From: a phage
Sequence record: PQ374922.1
Length of the DNA stretch: 64,000 bases
Reading direction: 5' to 3' (one strand)
Below are positions 62,115-64,000 of the stretch, in pieces. The notes beneath the pieces were generated by a model. That model was not told where the DNA came from. It did no database searches and worked only from the letters and a program-made list of their open reading frames with translations. A program made the position numbers and the translations under genes. The first letter of the stretch is position 1. Every line of letters begins with the position of its first letter.

Positions 62115-62388
62115 GTTCGGTTCTCCTATAGACTGTTACGTATTTACCACAGCAATTACAGCAGTACACGTGCATTGCGTAACCATCATCTGTGAAATCA
62201 CATCCACCACAGCGACAGAACAATTTCACGAACTGGTCACCATGCACTTCACGGGGTGGGAATTGTTTGTGTGAGTATTCCCTCATCTCCCCTTCAAACT
62301 GGAAGGAGTCTATCAAGAATTTGTCTGTCACACGATGCGAGCCATACGTCTGTCTTGCATATTTGAAGTAGACATCAGTGGTTAACAT
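62083..62388 (-). CDS. Cys-rich hypothetical protein
   Basis: 101 aa with CRCGGC ... CCNCCG clusters; overlaps downstream gene start by about 30 nt so true extent uncertain. Confidence 0.35.
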   Translation of the reverse strand: MLTTDVYFKYARQTYGSHRVTDKFLIDSFQFEGEMREYSHKQFPPREVHGDQFVKLFCRCGGCDFTDDGYAMHVYCCNCCGKYVTVYRRTEHGQETRSQES

Positions 62389-62395
62389 ATCGACC

Positions 62396-62421
62396 TCAAA
62401 GAAAAGGAGGCCGGAGCCTCC
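62396..62421 (-). terminator. intrinsic terminator (minus strand)
   Basis: GGAGGC-CGGA-GCCTCC; minus-strand U-tract; after gene ending 62440. Confidence 0.55.
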
Positions 62422-62439
62422 TTGGTGGATGGGGTTTGG

Positions 62440-63969
62440 TTACTTGTACAGACCTGTCACGTCAATAGACTTGTGCTGGCGATTGTACTCAGCAGTGTAG
62501 TCATCCAACACCAGGTATTCACAGCAGCGGATTTTGCTTGAACCAAAATCATCGGTGACCGACACGATGTCACGCGGGTTCAGCTTACAGCGAACGACAC
62601 GCTGGCCAACAGAACCGAAGCACTGTTTCAGATAGGCCAGGGAGCAAACGTGCAAACCGTATGAACACAGTTCAGAGTTGTTGTCGTTCACGAATGAGCG
62701 AGCCATCCGCACGATAGTGCCTGGGGCGTTGCTGATCGTGTTGCTGTGCTTGTCCATGTAGTTGCCGCGCACCGATTTGTAGAGGATGATGTCACCATCG
62801 TCGTCAATTTCGATGTCAGAGTACGCCATGAACTCATAGATGCGCCCAGACTGAACCAGAGAAGCTGACGGGTTCTGGAACATTTTGTCCATAAACTTCG
62901 CCATGCGGTCCAGGTTGTGGAAGTCACCCTTCAGCATCAGCGCCAGTACACGCTTGGCGATGGATGTGCCTGTGATGTCATGACCGGACCAGCGGACACG
63001 GTTGTCAGACACGTCTACTAGACCAGCAGCGTACTTCGCGATGGCTTCACGGGGGCGCATCAGCGAGTATGCCAGCTTCACGTCTTTGTCTTTGATCGCC
63101 TGTACGATGCGGTCATAGGCCGGGTGTGAAGTGGTGATCGTTTCCGGCTTGCCGTCAATCGCGATAACAACGCTGTCAGGAAGAATCAGGATCTGGTGTT
63201 CGTTCAGGAACACGTCCAGGTCTTTCGCGCCGAAGTCCTGCTTGGTCTTCTTATCATCAGCCACTTCTTCAACGTCTTTGACAGCGACGGCGAATTCTAC
63301 AGAAGACAGAGCCAGACGCAGGGTGCGACCGAGGATGCCATCAAAGTAACCAACACGGCGACGGGCATCCAAGGATCCACGGATAGGATAGGTTTCCCCG
63401 TCAATCACAACGCTGATTTCAACGTTGCTCGGAACTTTGTCCGCACCTTCTGACAGAGCCACAGAAATTTCTGCCATCTTGCCGATATCTTCAACATCGA
63501 AAGCACGACTATCACCTTCCACAGGAGTCAATTCAGACTTTTCAAAGAAAGCCCCTTTGAAATTGCCGTCGTTAGTGAGACACAGATACTTGTTGTGGTT
63601 CGGCAGATATGCCCCAACATACCATTCTGTGCCATCTTTGTCTTTGGCCGTGCCGCCCGGTTGGACCTCGAACACTTCTTGTTCTTCCGGCTTGATAGGA
63701 GAGATCACAGTTACCTTGTTTTCCTCCTCGGTAATGCGGACCAACAGGGCACGGGCGATCGTCTTGGCGCTTACAGCAAAGAACTCAGCCAGGGCACGGT
63801 TGCTTTCACCAGCCTTGCTCTTCATCTGAATCTGCTGAATCTCTTCAGTGGTAAGAGATTTCAGCGATAACGGGTTGACACCGAGTTCCGTGTCTGCAAC
63901 ACGTTGTACAGTCGAGCGGGGTATGCCCAACAGAGTAGCAATTGCGCTCTGGCTTTTGCCTTCCTTCAA
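62440..63969 (-). CDS. DNA-binding protein with two N-terminal helix-turn-helix motifs
   Basis: SQSAIATLLGIPRSTVQRV and NRALAEFFAVSAKTIARAL HTH-like segments; about 400-aa C-terminal domain of unknown function; 5-prime end may lie outside window. Confidence 0.45.
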   Translation of the reverse strand: MKEGKSQSAIATLLGIPRSTVQRVADTELGVNPLSLKSLTTEEIQQIQMKSKAGESNRALAEFFAVSAKTIARALLVRITEEENKVTVISPIKPEEQEVFEVQPGGTAKDKDGTEWYVGAYLPNHNKYLCLTNDGNFKGAFFEKSELTPVEGDSRAFDVEDIGKMAEISVALSEGADKVPSNVEISVVIDGETYPIRGSLDARRRVGYFDGILGRTLRLALSSVEFAVAVKDVEEVADDKKTKQDFGAKDLDVFLNEHQILILPDSVVIAIDGKPETITTSHPAYDRIVQAIKDKDVKLAYSLMRPREAIAKYAAGLVDVSDNRVRWSGHDITGTSIAKRVLALMLKGDFHNLDRMAKFMDKMFQNPSASLVQSGRIYEFMAYSDIEIDDDGDIILYKSVRGNYMDKHSNTISNAPGTIVRMARSFVNDNNSELCSYGLHVCSLAYLKQCFGSVGQRVVRCKLNPRDIVSVTDDFGSSKIRCCEYLVLDDYTAEYNRQHKSIDVTGLYK

Positions 63970-64000
63970 ATACTTCAGGATCTTTTCGTCAATCTTGTTC

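Noticed and set aside
1-64000. tRNA or rRNA genes
   Set aside because: Intergenic regions were inspected for T-loop GTTCRANYC-type elements and cloverleaf potential; none convincing. A by-eye scan cannot exclude divergent tRNAs; a covariance-model search would settle it.
1-64000. Lysogeny module (integrase, CI-like repressor, excisionase)
   Set aside because: No tyrosine/serine recombinase motifs seen; the HTH-containing ORFs do not resemble integrases. Gene content is that of a virulent T4-like phage.

Overview
This 64-kb window reads as part of the genome of a virulent, T4-superfamily myovirus-type phage. Genes are densely packed with many ATGA/TAATG overlaps, GC is roughly 50%, and there are no integrase/repressor genes and no rRNA, tRNA or CRISPR visible by eye. 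All calls rest on motif recognition and remembered T4 protein sequences, not on searches; hand-derived regulatory coordinates may be off by 1-3 nt. From 1 to 43.4 kb the genes are mostly plus-strand early/middle functions: gp47/gp46 (Mre11/Rad50-like), primase, PhoH, class I ribonucleotide reductase (nrdA, nrdB, glutaredoxin), gp32 SSB, UvsX, gp41 helicase, DNA ligase, a gp59-like loader and an endolysin. This block also carries a tightly coupled pyrimidine-hydroxymethylase / dNMP-kinase / gp56-like dNTPase operon, two free-standing HNH homing endonucleases, and two short minus-strand late islands (gp25-like plus gp5-like spike with a CHAP-type amidase; one baseplate/tail protein). From 43.4 to 48.3 kb a minus-strand operon encodes the tape-measure protein and baseplate/tail proteins. 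From 48.9 to 64 kb a minus-strand block encodes dCMP deaminase, a metallophosphoesterase, DexA-like exonuclease, a Macro-domain protein, a NADAR-like protein, a MazG-like protein, topoisomerase II subunits, an Ig-like decoration protein and many small ORFans. Regulatory signals include five copies of a sigma70-like early promoter (TTTACW-N17-TATNNT), T4-type late-promoter motifs (TAAATA) 31-39 nt upstream of late start codons, RBS-sequestering hairpins at the endolysin and RuvC-like genes, and numerous intrinsic terminators. The most interesting candidates are the base-modification operon, the ADP-ribose-processing (Macro/NADAR) genes, the dual-transcript hairpins and a plus-strand terminator inside the minus-strand block.
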